From Seison nebaliae (lineage: Eukaryota), in NCBI GenBank assembly GCA_023231475.1, contig JALJEE010001737.1, positions 1 through 64,000 on the forward strand: a DNA stretch of 64,000 bases, written 5' to 3'. The position numbers and the translations under genes were made by a program. Of the stretch, positions 27,566-42,283 are shown piece after piece (position 1 is the stretch's first letter; every line of letters starts with the position of its first letter). The notes under the pieces are model-generated. The model was not told the origin of the DNA. It saw only the letters and a program-made list of their open reading frames with translations, and searched no databases.

Positions 27566-28003
27566 ATGTCGTCTACACTTCCAATCGTTAATACTTCGGA
27601 GATGATCGATGATCACTATGATGACGAAAGCATCAAAATCGCCACTCGACAAACATTGTCTACATCAGCATCATTAGATATTCCTTTACATGATCTCAAT
27701 GTCATCACCAATTTGGAATCGCTCAATAACAATTTGATTGACGATTTGTCCCAAAATCAGAAATCACTTTCATCTGCTCTCAATGCCTCTCTCACCACAA
27801 CGAAACAATCAACCGAATTATATGGAAGTGGCATTAGTAAGATATGTGAAGAGGCAAGAAATCGTGCCTCACAACAGAAGACATTAATTGAGAAATGTCA
27901 TGAATTAAATGAAATTTGCAAATCGACTTTGCCCAACATTTCCTCACAGATCCATCAGCTGAACCATATTTACAATTCCTTCGTTCGTCAACAACCCAAA
28001 TAA
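27566..28003 (+). CDS. BORCS6: BORC complex subunit 6 (lyspersin)-like coiled-coil protein, single exon
   Basis: VITNLE...ELYGSGISKICEE...KTLIEKCHEL...ISSQIHQL pattern resembles the BORCS6 C-terminal domain. Confidence 0.6.
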   Translation: MSSTLPIVNTSEMIDDHYDDESIKIATRQTLSTSASLDIPLHDLNVITNLESLNNNLIDDLSQNQKSLSSALNASLTTTKQSTELYGSGISKICEEARNRASQQKTLIEKCHELNEICKSTLPNISSQIHQLNHIYNSFVRQQPK

Positions 28004-28195
28004 ATTATCTTATCTTACTCCTCTCTCTCTGATTAATATCAGATTAATCTCTCAACTATCTATTCCCCTTCCATTATTTTTAATCAATAATTCTATTCTC
28101 AACATTTTGCTTTCAACACAACAAAAAATTCTCGTTGAAACATAAGAAAAAAATTATTTTGGGTAAAAGTTAAAATGTATTTGGAAAATAATTGT

Positions 28196-30022
<1,827 letters not shown>

Positions 30023-30149
30023 TCTGTCGACATCCAAAAAATTCTTTATACGATTAATTTATCTAATTGATTTTTGCTAAAAGAACTTCAGCCAAAATTT
30101 CTAATTAGTGAGAGAAAAGCCTAATCTTCTAAATTAGACTGCCGAGAGA

Positions 30150-30345
30150 CTGGTAACCGAATTTGAGATGACTTAAAACGTAGCTCATAATCTTAAGCTA
30201 AGGAGGACTAGCAGATGAGTCATTTGACGAGAAGGTTGGTGGGCCAATGAAATGGAGAATAGTGCCGCGAATTGACTGGTCAATTTACGCGCGCAATAAA
30301 TCGCATGGACGAGTATAAATCGGAACGCATCTTCAGTTTGGATCA
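30150..30345. promoter_or_regulatory. Putative divergent promoter region between NDUFS2 and ELAV
   Basis: Locally GC/CpG-enriched segment between head-to-head genes. Contains CAGATG overlapping TGAGTCA (~30212-30222), CCAAT (~30244), palindromic ATTGACTGGTCAAT (~30271-30284), TATAAA (30314) and TCAGTT (30333). Confidence 0.45.
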
Positions 30346-30587
30346 TCTTCATTTATTGCGCTAGTAAATTTAGACAAATATTAATTATTTGAAAGTCATC
30401 ACTCATTTCACTTTCTATTCCATCGTTTGTTGACTAAAGTAGCTCACTCACATTCTTCTTTCGATCGTTTCCCAAATTCCGTATCCACCTTTTCTACTCA
30501 AAATCGTTTCTTCCAGTAGTGATATATATTCACTTGATTTCATAATAAGTTACATTTACTTTCAACTATAAGAATTGGCAAGTAGCA

Positions 30588-33009
30588 ATGCAATCTTCAA
30601 ACGGTAATGTCACTTCATCCCACAAAAATGATTTCTTCGAATTTGGAGGTAATGATGGAAATATCCATCCTGGAACTAACATCAAACCACGATATCCCGA
30701 AAGTAATAACGACAATAATGCTAACAAGATCATGTCCGCTGATGAGTTTTCTATGGATGACAATCTGAGTGATAAGACTAACCTTATCGTTAATTATTTA
30801 CCTCAAAATTTTTCGCAGGACGACATGAAAAATATATTTGGAAATTTGGGCGAGTTGCGCAGTTGCAAGTTGATTCGTGATAAGACGACAAACCAGAGTC
30901 TCGGATATGGTTTCGTCAATTATATGAAACATTCAGAAGCTGAGTTTGCAATCAATTCGTTGAATGGAGTGAAAATCTACAATAAAGTCATCAAAGTTAT
31001 TTTTTGAACCTTATCAGAACTTATCAGAATTTTATAAATTAAAATTTTTAAAGGTTTCTTATGCACGACCCAGTTGCGAGTCGATTAAAGGAGCCAATCT
31101 TTATATTTGTGGAGTGCCAAAGTCATGGGACTTGAATAAATTAGACGAATATTTTGGACAAAGTGGAAAAATAATCACTAGTCGAATTCTTTATGATCAG
31201 TCAACTGGACAATCCAAAGGAGTTGCCTTTATTCGATATGACACGAAAAATGAAGCTCAAAATGCAATTGATCAATTGAACATGACAATTCCGGAAAAGA
31301 ATTCTGAACCATTGACAGTAAAATTTGCTAATACTCCAGGACAATTAGGAATACTGAATAATCAGATTAAGAATGGAAATATTCTGACAAATCCGTTGGG
31401 ACAATTGAATGGGAATTTGGCGGGGAATATTGGATTAGCTCAATATATTTCTGCTGTGGCCGCACAAACAGGACTGAATAATTATAGTACAAGTCAATTG
31501 TTGACGTTATTGCAACAACTGCAACAACAGACGCCGATAGCGAATGGTTTACAATTCAATCCGTCGATGATGGTACAGAATGCTGCCATGTTCCAACAAT
31601 TGTTCAATAATGCATCAAATCTGCAGAAGTTAGTCTTCTAAATTTGTTTAGTGATTGGTGTTTGATATGAGTGATTCAATGAGTGAAATCTGTTTGAGAA
31701 GAGTTTTTAATGTGAATAACTTATTTGACTGATAAATGTGTAAAGAGTAAAAATTCAATTAATTTTCAATACTGTCGATGTGAATCGGATGACGATTGGA
31801 TAAAACAAAAAACTTGTGATTGTTTGTTGGTTTGTGATTAAAACGAATTGATTGTGAAGATGTTTTCTTAGTTTCGATGGATTTCGTTGTTTGAATTGAA
31901 TGAGTTGTCTGAATTATTTTCTTCGATTTCCTTCCTACTTTTATCTCCTTTCCACTATCCAATTTCTTTACTTATTTTTATTCATTTTCAACAATTTCTT
32001 TCCCTCTTCATTTTCTCATATTCATGCCCAAGTAAGTCCTAATAATAATAATAATAATAATGATAATAATAATAGAAATTTAAATGATTCTAATCAATTT
32101 ATCAACAGCTCAGCCACCACACAATCACAAATATCTCCAAATGACGCTGCGTTATTGATGAACATGTTAGGTGTTAACACCAACAATAATCAGTCGAACA
32201 TCTTCTCCCAAGGCAATGGCATGCAATCGACCTCATCCCAAATCGCTTTGGCTCTCAATCAGTTGCAACAACCGATGAATCATTCTCAACAACCAGCTAC
32301 ATCTAATTTGGGTAATATTTATAGTACGGATTCAATCGATTCATTGAATATGGTAAGCAGTAGTAACAACAATCCCAATGTTAACGATCAACGTCAAGGT
32401 GCTTCATTACTAATCCAGAATTTAGGGCCAGAAGTAAGAGAAAATGATTTATGGTCACTTTTTGGACCATTTGGAGCGATACATCAGGTCTTCATTGGAA
32501 AGGACGCAAATCAGAAAGGAAAAGGTTATGGAGTAATTACCATGAATAATTATAATGAAGCTGTGGCAGCAATTCAACGATTGAATGGATCAGAATTGCA
32601 TGGCAGAGGAATTTCAGTCACATTAGCTGGTGATCAACCAATTTTTCATAATTCCACCAACTCCAATATCAATTCCACTACTATCAATAATCATGGAAAT
32701 AGTTTGGGAATAAATACGAATGTGAACACTGGTGTCAATAATGGGGTAAACAATGCCGTTCTGAATGGTGGAGCGAATAACCTCACGAACAACATGGCCA
32801 ACCCTAATCAATCAACGAGTCAAGGAAGCAAATTGAATAATTCATTATTCAAAAATATGATTCCATCACCGGTACCAACGGTCGCCTCAGCTCAACATCA
32901 TACTCCAATCTCTATGTCGCAATCGGCACAAGCTGCATTGAATAAACAGTTATTGGAAATGAACAATCTCGTTTCTAATTCAGGAAATCAATCCAGTTAT
33001 TTCATGTGA
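30588..33009 (+). CDS. ELAV: ELAV/Hu-family RNA-binding protein (3 RRMs); intron 30996-31053 and a second intron from ~31629 to ~32035
   Basis: [73 protein letters not shown]. The acceptor of the second intron is uncertain. Confidence 0.93.
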
Positions 33010-33524
33010 AGAGGATTCTCTCGACAAAAAATTTAATCGTACGAAAAACTCTATTTATTAATTCTAACAAAATGATCATCGAATAATTGCATTCTCATCT
33101 GAATTTTGCCCTTCCATTTGCTACTTAATCGTTCGTAGTCCTCTCCTATTTACTGGAAACTTGATTTGTTTCGATTTATTCAATTCAATGCTCAATTTTC
33201 GATGAGAATGTTCTTTTATTCACTTTCGCAATTCTGAAGTTTTCTACGTATCATTTTACCATAAACTTTCCCCTCCCCTAACTTGAATTCTACTTGATTA
33301 ACTTAATTTATTAATTTAATTTGTTAATTTAATTTATTCAATTAATTTATTTATTTCTTTTAATTTCAAATTGTTTCGTTCATAATGGTGATCTATTCCT
33401 CATGACTTTACTTTGTCTTTAGATGGGAAGTAATTTTTATTAATTCTTAACCGGTTAGTTGGAATATTAACGAAATATTTCCATTTTATCAAATAATTTT
33501 AATTTAATTTTAATTTTTTGATCT

Positions 33525-36500
33525 TTAAAATAAATTCACTTTTCGCTTCTCCCGAATTTGTTTCCATGCTGGCAATATTCGAAATTCTTTCTTGCTCATA
33601 TTGAACAATTCGAAGAAAGATTTGTCTTTCAAACGATATATTGAATAGAATGCTGATTGCTGTTGATGCAGTTCACGTAATTCTTCAATACTTAAATTAT
33701 CTGCGTCATTCATCTTACATTCTGTGAGCATAGATGTCAACGAACGGAAATATTGTTCATCTTTCGTCGCTTCTTCATGTAAGAGCTCATCCCAAGGTAT
33801 CATCTTCCCATTATAACACCAACTATCCTCCAACGAATAATTATGTTCTGTATTGATGAGAAAATGAAGAAAGTCGAATGAAAAATCAATTAAACTTTCA
33901 CATAATTTGATCAAAGAAAATACTAGGAATTTCCTCATCAAATTATCAGTATAATTCTCATCAAACAAGAAATTGGTCGTATTCTTTCCATCCATATTAT
34001 TCAAGAGCCAAACTCCATTTCTCTTCTCATCATTTTTATTTCGATGTATTTGAATTATCAAAATAATTATTGCTATACAATAGATTAAGAAAAGAATTAG
34101 ATGAAAAAAAAACAAAATTAAAAATAACGATAATTTCCATAAAATTCTTGAAGAAGATGTTTCTCGTATCGATAATTGACACCATTATTGTGAGTTTGAT
34201 GAGAATATAATGTTAATGATGGAAGACATCGTTTTAATTGAATGAACATTTGAGTATCAGGTAATGATGCTTTTAATTTGTCATTACTCTTCTCCAAATG
34301 AGCACCGAAGACATTGACGATATTCCGTTGAATAGATCGTCGAAAATTTTCTTCGACTGAAATAGAAATAATTTGAATTTTTAAATTTGATAAAAAAATC
34401 ATTAACTTTTCACGGAATATTGTTGGGAAAAGATGTTTTCGATCAACTGACTAGAACTGTCAATTTTAGTTGGATGTTGAATTTGAAAATTATTTTGTTC
34501 TATTTCTATTCTCAATCGATTAATGGGAACGTCATTCATTGCAAGATGTTGAACAGATTGAATGATAAATGTATTATTTTCGGAAGTAGATCGATTTCCA
34601 TCAACATCGAGAATGCTCACTTCTTGAAGGAATAATGGTGATGGTTGTTTGGAGGAAAGAATGAGTAAATGAAATAATCGAAGGAAGACTAATGGTTCTT
34701 CGCCTTGACGGATACAAATGCAATGTCGTAATTTATCCTCTTTCTTCTTTAGATATTCGTGAACGAATAAATTGTTCAATCCACATTGTTTCGTTGATAC
34801 TTGTGATCCGTTCCATAGGAAATAGAGAACTCTCCCAAAAAAATTGATTTTTCTTCCTGTTTCCGTTTTTCTTTTTGGTGTAACAGTTAAATCATTTGAT
34901 ACATTTTTACCGTTTGTAGTAGATGTAATAAGAAGAAGATTATCGGAATTGTTATCTTTCGATTGGAAGGGATTGAAATTCTTATTGATTCCTAACCGGT
35001 TAGTTGCGATATTGACGAAATATGTCCATTTGATCAGATAAGAATGATTATCGTAGAATGTTTGAAAATTGGATTGAGTAATGTCAATCTCAGTCACACA
35101 ATGATTAATATCCTTTTCAATACTCTTCGACCAATCCTCTTTAATCGTATTCAATTGATAGAGTTGTTTCGTGTCAGTTTGAATGGACATAACTCGATGA
35201 TCATCTGAATAAATTATTCGATGACCAACACCGTTGAAGACATCATATCCTTCAGCGACCACTTTCGTCCGAAAAAATGTTTCCATATTGCCACGTTCTT
35301 CATTCCAACCAGTTTGATTAGCTGTTGAATTCTTTTCGTTCACTTCAATCGGATTATTCAATTTGTAAAGATCAACTTCATCATATGAATCGAGTGCTTC
35401 AATTTGACCGACAATTTCCAATGGTAATTGTTCGTCAAGGTTCAATAAATTCTCTTTAATCTTTTCTTCTTCTGCTCGTTTCTCTTCCTCTTTTTCTTCG
35501 TCTTCCATTTTATTCGAAGTTAAATCGTTCTTTGTCTCTAAACTATCTTGAGGCCAATCTCTGAATTTTGAACGGAATAAAACTGTTTCCATATTTTCGT
35601 TTTGTTTAGCGAATAATGTCCACTTCGGTCTACCTTTCTTTGATTTGAATTCAGTATCTTCAAAACTCTTCCCAATGAACAAGGGATTGATGCGACAATT
35701 ACTATAATCATATCCACTTTCATATAATTGTTCAGCGAGAATTTCGGCACTTTTCCTCGAATCGAATCGAGAGAAACGACCGAACCACAAATAGAATTCA
35801 CTACCAAAATCGAACAAAAGTATCTTATCTGATTTCATCGCTTTATATGACGGTACATGTCCACAATATTCTTCCAACGGAATTAATTTACCATCAGTAT
35901 ATTCATAAACGATATTTGTTTCAAATATCGCAATTTCAAATTTCTCATCTTCGTCTGGTTTTCCTGCCGTATTAACACAACCATAATCTCCTCCCAATGT
36001 CTTCCAAAAGAGATTATTTCTCACATTTCCATTTTCGCTCATTCGATCGGTAACTTCATCGATTATTTGAGAATATGAACCAGAATATGATTTTATATCA
36101 TTACTACCACATTTCCCAGACGAAGGAATAATACATCCAAGATCATGAGTTCGTTGAATATAATCGAACGCTTCTTGACATCGACATTTTTCTACTCGAT
36201 TAGTAAATCGTCCTATCCACATAAATAACTGATTCTTCAACACCAGAAGAAATGCGTCACCGGAATTGAGTGAAATAGCGATCGGTTCTACTAATCGTAA
36301 ATGACAAAATCGACGACCTTTACATTGTAGTAACATTGGATGTTTATATGGTTGCAAAGAGGAAGCTGGAGTAGACATTCCATCCATCCGTTTCAATGTA
36401 ATTTCTGATAAATTTAATTTTGTTCTCAAACCAGCTCGAGCTTCCAAACATAAATGTTTGTTCATTCCATTTTTCCCTTGTTTCTTATTTTCCGTTTTAG

Positions 36501-37360
36501 CTTTCGGAATCTCTTTCACTTTTTCTTCCATTTCCAATAAATGTCTTAATGAACTAGATGTATTGTGTCGTGGTGTAGGTCGAGAAAGATTTAAACGGAA
36601 ATTAGAAATAATTTTTAGATCTTCCGGTTCAGTCGATTCGTTACTTTTCTTCTCAATGTCAGTCAGATAATTCGGTTGTTCCCTTTTCACTTTTTCATTT
36701 CCAACTTTTCTATTATTCTTCTTTTTATCATTCAAATCTTCAGAACTATCATAAAATAATTTGAATCCTGTCATCAAATCGAACGAGGTTCCTTCTAAAC
36801 CATCATTATTTGAATCACCGGAATTGCAAGAATTTAATGGACTAAATGATCTCTTCTTATCTTTCTTCAATGATGTTGAATTAACTAAAAAACATGAGAC
36901 GGTCGGAAATTTGAAGAAAACTTGTTTTCGATCTTCCCAAACTCTTCAGAATTGGTCGATATGCTTTCGTGCCGATTTCTTTCCTTTTAACATCGTCAAG
37001 TTCTTGAGCTTTCACTATTGGAACATAAAAACTTCGATTTGCTTTTCGATCTCGAATATTTTCTTTCACATCTGAATCTAAACTTTTAGTTATATTTAAA
37101 TTAATCAAAATAAATTAACATTTTGTTGACGTTTCGCCCATTTGCCATTCAACAGTTAATTTCTCGCAGTCACTTTTCGAATCGACTCGATTTTTCCATT
37201 TCTCTTGAGACTGATTAAGTAGACTAAGTTTCTCTTTAATCGATCGATTACTCTTTGGTTTCTCATTCAAATTGTCATTTTGTTTTCCTATACGATTCAT
37301 CCATCTTTCATTACCTTCACGTTCTAGAGATTGAACTCGATCAGCCAATGTTAACTTCAT
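33525..37360 (-). CDS. SVIL: Supervillin-like gelsolin-repeat protein with C-terminal villin headpiece, about 5 exons
   Basis: PYKHPMLLQCKGRR...LVEP...LNSGDAFLL, LLFDFGSEFYLWFG, ETVLFRSKFRDWP; headpiece FFELFNMSKKEFRILPAWKQIREKRKVNLF. Confidence 0.88.
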
Positions 37361-37647
37361 CGCTATGTCTTGTTAATCGTCATAAAATTAATTATTAGTT
37401 ATTTATTCTCATAAGAATTATTAAGGAATTATTTCTTCTAATAATTTATTTAAATTGTGGAGGAATGGCACTAGAATAGCTGTTGAATCGGAAGATGAGA
37501 AGAAGAGTCTAATAATCAGAAGAAATGATTTGAACTTAAGAATTTTGTAAAGAAAGTAAATGTCGATAAAAAAATTAATGAAATTAAAGAGAAAAATATG
37601 TTTTCGACACTTTACAATTTCATTTTAATTGACCAATTTATGAAGAA

Positions 37648-39423
37648 TTATTTAGTTCTCTCATATAACAAATTTATCGCTCCATCAACTTGATTTTGAG
37701 TGACGGACGATTCCCATAACGTCGTGAGAGCGACATGAGCATGTTCCAATAAATAATAATTCCAATTATCAATATAATCATCTTTATCATAAAAATGTTT
37801 AGCCAGACGATTTTCTGCCTCTTTCGAATTTAAATGATTTCTCTTCATCAATCGATTTTTCGCTTCTTCCTCTCCGATAATGGCGAGCCAAATTTCATTA
37901 ACAAATTTCTGCCAACCAGCTCGAAAAAGAACTGCTGCTTCAACGATAACGATTATCTTCTTCTTTTTTTCAAATGCTGATTTATTGAATTTCATAAATT
38001 TTCTATTTAATTCTTCAAGAATTCCTTCCCAAACTATTTCTTCCAAAATTGTCATCAACTTCTCATCGGCGAAAACGACACTTCCTAATTTCCTTCTGTC
38101 TATCTCTCCACTTTCTTCGTCAATAATTTGAACACCAAAATTTACTTTTCGCAATTCATTGTAAACTTTTGTTCCTTTCCGATAGACATCATGACCGATC
38201 TGATCACAATTCAATGTCTCCAATTCGAAGAAATCTTTCAATTTACCATCATCAAAATCATTTTCAGAATTATTTAAATATGATTGTTTCATCTTATCAG
38301 CAATCGACGATTTCCCACTCGCAATCGGTCCCGTCAATCCAATTATATATAAATTCCTATAAGTATTTGGCGTCTTTTCAACCGGCCTCAATAACTTTCC
38401 CAATAAACTTTTCCGTCGGTTGGTTGAGGAGAGACGAGCATTCGAATCGGAATAATTCGGAGATATAATTTGATTTTTGTGGAGTAGTTGAATTGAAAGT
38501 AATTTTGGGGAATTCTTTAACAATTCCTTCCTCTTCTCTATAACTTTATTTCCATTTTTCACCGTCTCTTCAGTCACTACCAAATAATCTAACTCATCAA
38601 TTTGAATAGACGGACCGTAAATATCTGTCATTCCAACAATATGTTGTCCAATCGACGGATATGTGAGAGAGACGAATTTCTTACAATTCTCAATTCGTTG
38701 AGTAGTAGTTTGAATAAATTGATATAATTTTTTCGTTTTCAAACATCGAGATTCTGGAATTCCACAAAATAATTTCGATGCATTTCCATTATCGCAAAGA
38801 TATGACGAATAATTTAATAATAACTTATGTCCACAATGTAAATGATCAAATGTTCCTCCCAAACATACTGACTTTCCCAAAGACATTTTGGGAAATTCTT
38901 CATCAATTTCATTTCCATTCGAATTAACAATTCGTTCCAGATGATACTCTGAAAATTTTTTCTTCTCATATTTCTTAAACAGTTTCTCTAATTTCTCCGA
39001 ATTCTCATTCAAAATATTCAGTGTATTCGCTGAATTGAAAATTGTATGAAATTTATTGACAGTTTCCTCGATATCCAATTTTCCATTTTGCAGGAAATTC
39101 AAATAATTATCGTCACTAAAACAAACATAATTCCCCAAAGACTCACTAGAGAATTTGTAAATGAGTTGAGAGAATTGGAAATATTTTCGATGGAGATCTT
39201 CCGAATAGTATTCGGGTAATATTTGAATATAATTCATCGATTTGTCACAAAACGAATTACCATCGATCTGGTTTTTCGATTGTTCCAAATCGATATGTCG
39301 AATGAGTTGTTGAATTTGATTATTAGTTTGAGGCAATTCTCCCACCATTCCAAAGTAGACGTTCATACTTCTTCGAAGTAATGTGAAATTTGATGAGTGT
39401 CTTATTTTATTCAAGAAATTCAT
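37648..39423 (-). CDS. COASY: Bifunctional coenzyme A synthase (PPAT + dephospho-CoA kinase); may have further 5' exons
   Basis: GGTFDHLHCGHK, DIYGPS, LVVTEET, LSST; then IIGLTGPIASGKSS, IDRRKLGSVVF, VEAAVLFRAGW. Confidence 0.92.
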   Translation of the reverse strand: MNFLNKIRHSSNFTLLRRSMNVYFGMVGELPQTNNQIQQLIRHIDLEQSKNQIDGNSFCDKSMNYIQILPEYYSEDLHRKYFQFSQLIYKFSSESLGNYVCFSDDNYLNFLQNGKLDIEETVNKFHTIFNSANTLNILNENSEKLEKLFKKYEKKKFSEYHLERIVNSNGNEIDEEFPKMSLGKSVCLGGTFDHLHCGHKLLLNYSSYLCDNGNASKLFCGIPESRCLKTKKLYQFIQTTTQRIENCKKFVSLTYPSIGQHIVGMTDIYGPSIQIDELDYLVVTEETVKNGNKVIEKRKELLKNSPKLLSIQLLHKNQIISPNYSDSNARLSSTNRRKSLLGKLLRPVEKTPNTYRNLYIIGLTGPIASGKSSIADKMKQSYLNNSENDFDDGKLKDFFELETLNCDQIGHDVYRKGTKVYNELRKVNFGVQIIDEESGEIDRRKLGSVVFADEKLMTILEEIVWEGILEELNRKFMKFNKSAFEKKKKIIVIVEAAVLFRAGWQKFVNEIWLAIIGEEEAKNRLMKRNHLNSKEAENRLAKHFYDKDDYIDNWNYYLLEHAHVALTTLWESSVTQNQVDGAINLLYERTK

Positions 39424-42283
39424 TCAAATTCTCGAATTCTTTTTATTTTGAGCCAATTTCTTGGAGAAACATTCCCTCAATATATCTTTCTTACTAAAAT
39501 TATTTAGAACGAATTGTTCGTTGTCGTTCGAAAGCTCGAAAGAGGTAAAGAACTTCAGTGAAAAGTGACACACCTTTGAGATGGAAACGTCACTATTGAT
39601 AAGAATCAGATAAATAAAAGTTTTTTTGACATATAGAAAAAGTTTTTTTTTAGGAAAAATAGATAAAGATGAATAATTTCAATAGAACCTGAAAAATTAT
39701 TGTTGTTCTTGAAGTTAATGATTCATTTTGGACCAAGAGATGATATGTAGAACAATTAAAATAAGAAATATTAACTGACAAGAAATCACTTGTTATGAAT
39801 ATTGATTAATAACAAGTAACATATATTTCCTCTAATGTTGTGATTATGAAATGTCAATTATATTATGAAATTTATGAAATTTTGACAATTATAGACACAT
39901 AGACTAATCTCACAATCCGACATTGTTCATCTACACTTACTAATGAATCAATAGTAATAACCAATAGATCATTTCCTTGATTTACATCATTTTTAATCTT
40001 TCAACATAATTTTGTTTTTGTTATACTATAATAATTTCTATTATGGACGTTGTTTATCATTTCTACAGGATAGTCTACGAACGCAGGCCCATTAACAAAT
40101 AATTCATTCTTAAACTTAACGGCTGTCTGCTCTATTCTGGCAATGAGTTTACGGCAGTGGTAATGATCCGAAATTGGAATGAACTTCTATAAGAGGAAAT
40201 TGTACATCACTCACTCACAATTGGAATAAGAACGAATTGTGTTGATTAATCGAATAAAAGGAATTTAATAAAGTCTAACACCTCACCTATCATCTAACTT
40301 ATGAATGGCTAGTTAAAGTAAAGGAATATAGAGAAAGTTCCCCGTCCTGATATTGGAGGAAAGTTTATCTTCTATTGTAGAACGTACATACTGCACTAAT
40401 ATAAATAACTCATTGTGAAAGGCATTCCATCTTTCGTAGGAAAAAAAAGAAGAAAATAATAAATTGGAATAAGAACGAAAAGATATTCATTACACATATA
40501 TACGTATTATGAATGCACAGTCATATCGAAAGATTATATGGAAATTGACAAAAGAGTTCAAAGACTTTTACTATGTGATATGGGTGTCAGCATAATGCTA
40601 TCAAAGGGCATTGAGATTACGATCTTTGACTATTTCGATGGACATGAATGACAGGAGAAATCGAATACTCATATATTTAATTGCATTGCACATATATATT
40701 CTTTTTGAATATACAGAAGGAAAGGAACATATTTCCCGAGTATCCGAAACGATGATCAAATCAATACACTTTCCTTGACAACAAAGTAAGCTAACAATGT
40801 TATCTAACAATTTTCTTTTAGACATAATTCTTAAAAGCTTTGAACAGTGAAATAAGTTACAATTCGATAAATTTAACTTTTACTTTATCCAAATAAAATT
40901 TATTATCCGTTTTCCATGATGGAAACGTTAGGACATTAAATACCAACTATCATCCGATTTATTACTTTATTACAATTGAAAATTATTCTGTTTTATGATT
41001 CTTTTTCATTAGTATCTCATCGAAAATAAAATTCAGAAATAAAGAGATTTCAATTATATCGTTGAAGTATATCAGTGACTACAATCCTAACAGGCAATAA
41101 CAACAAATAATCATATAAGCACAATTGATAGGAATTGGAGTACTAGAGATATACGTGTAAAAATAACTGCTTATGTACCGAACTGTCAAGTACATCTATC
41201 CGTATTCTCTTCTTGATCTCTTTTTTATTCGAAGATTACCAATTTGATACAAATTAACAATATGTACATGTGAACTCTTTATGTTTATTATCTCGAGATT
41301 ATAAGTTTTATATTCTCACATTCGTATCTATTAATACATTGCTTATTATCACTTGGAGTGTGTTTCAAATAAAGAAATTTTTCACATTTTTCCATGTTTC
41401 TTTTACTTTCGTGAAAATTGGTACGGTCAATAACTATTCATAATCTTATAGAATAATCATTTATATTAATAAATATTAATAATAAATAAACAAAATATCT
41501 TTCATTGGTCAGCATGTGATTTTTTCGAACTACATACAACTTGAAGATTCGATAATTCAGAGAGCGATAGTTCGGAAACAATCTCGAAAAGTATAACAAA
41601 ATTAGAACAAGATTATGAAGTTGCGTAGAAAATTTTTTAAAAGTTACTTTAAAAAAAGGACCAAAAAGCATAATACCAGTATTAAATAAACAGTAGTATA
41701 ATAATTTATTGTGGTTGTAAAATGTTTAATTTTAAGAGATTCGTCTGGAACTCAGCAATTATTCCTTTTTTCCCGTTGACACTTTACTGTCGTTTATTCT
41801 TTAAACACATATACAGTTCTATTATACTCAAAAGCTTCAATAAATATTTGATAAATATGTTAATTTTTGGAAAATAATAATCAGAAGACTTTAAATAAAC
41901 AACAATTTTAAAATTTCGATAATTTCAATAAACTAATCCGAAACAATTAAACGTCCAATATCTTCGAATTCAGGAAGCGACAAACTGACCAATTTTATAA
42001 AACAGAACGACACAATCGCTAACGTAAGAAAAATGATGACGAATTCATCGAGATTCAAAAAAATTAGTGAAAAATCAAATAATTAGTTATGAGTTAGAAT
42101 CGTTCATTTCCTTTAACGACTGTTTTTAATTTTTCCTCTTCGTAATTCAAAAGACGAAAATAATCGAGTATAGGCCAAAAGCTTCAAACATCTTCCTCTA
42201 TAGATTTTATAGATTTAATGATCTTATTAAAATCGATGAATTTATAAGTGAAACTTTTATAATTAGTTTTAACTAGTAGGTCC

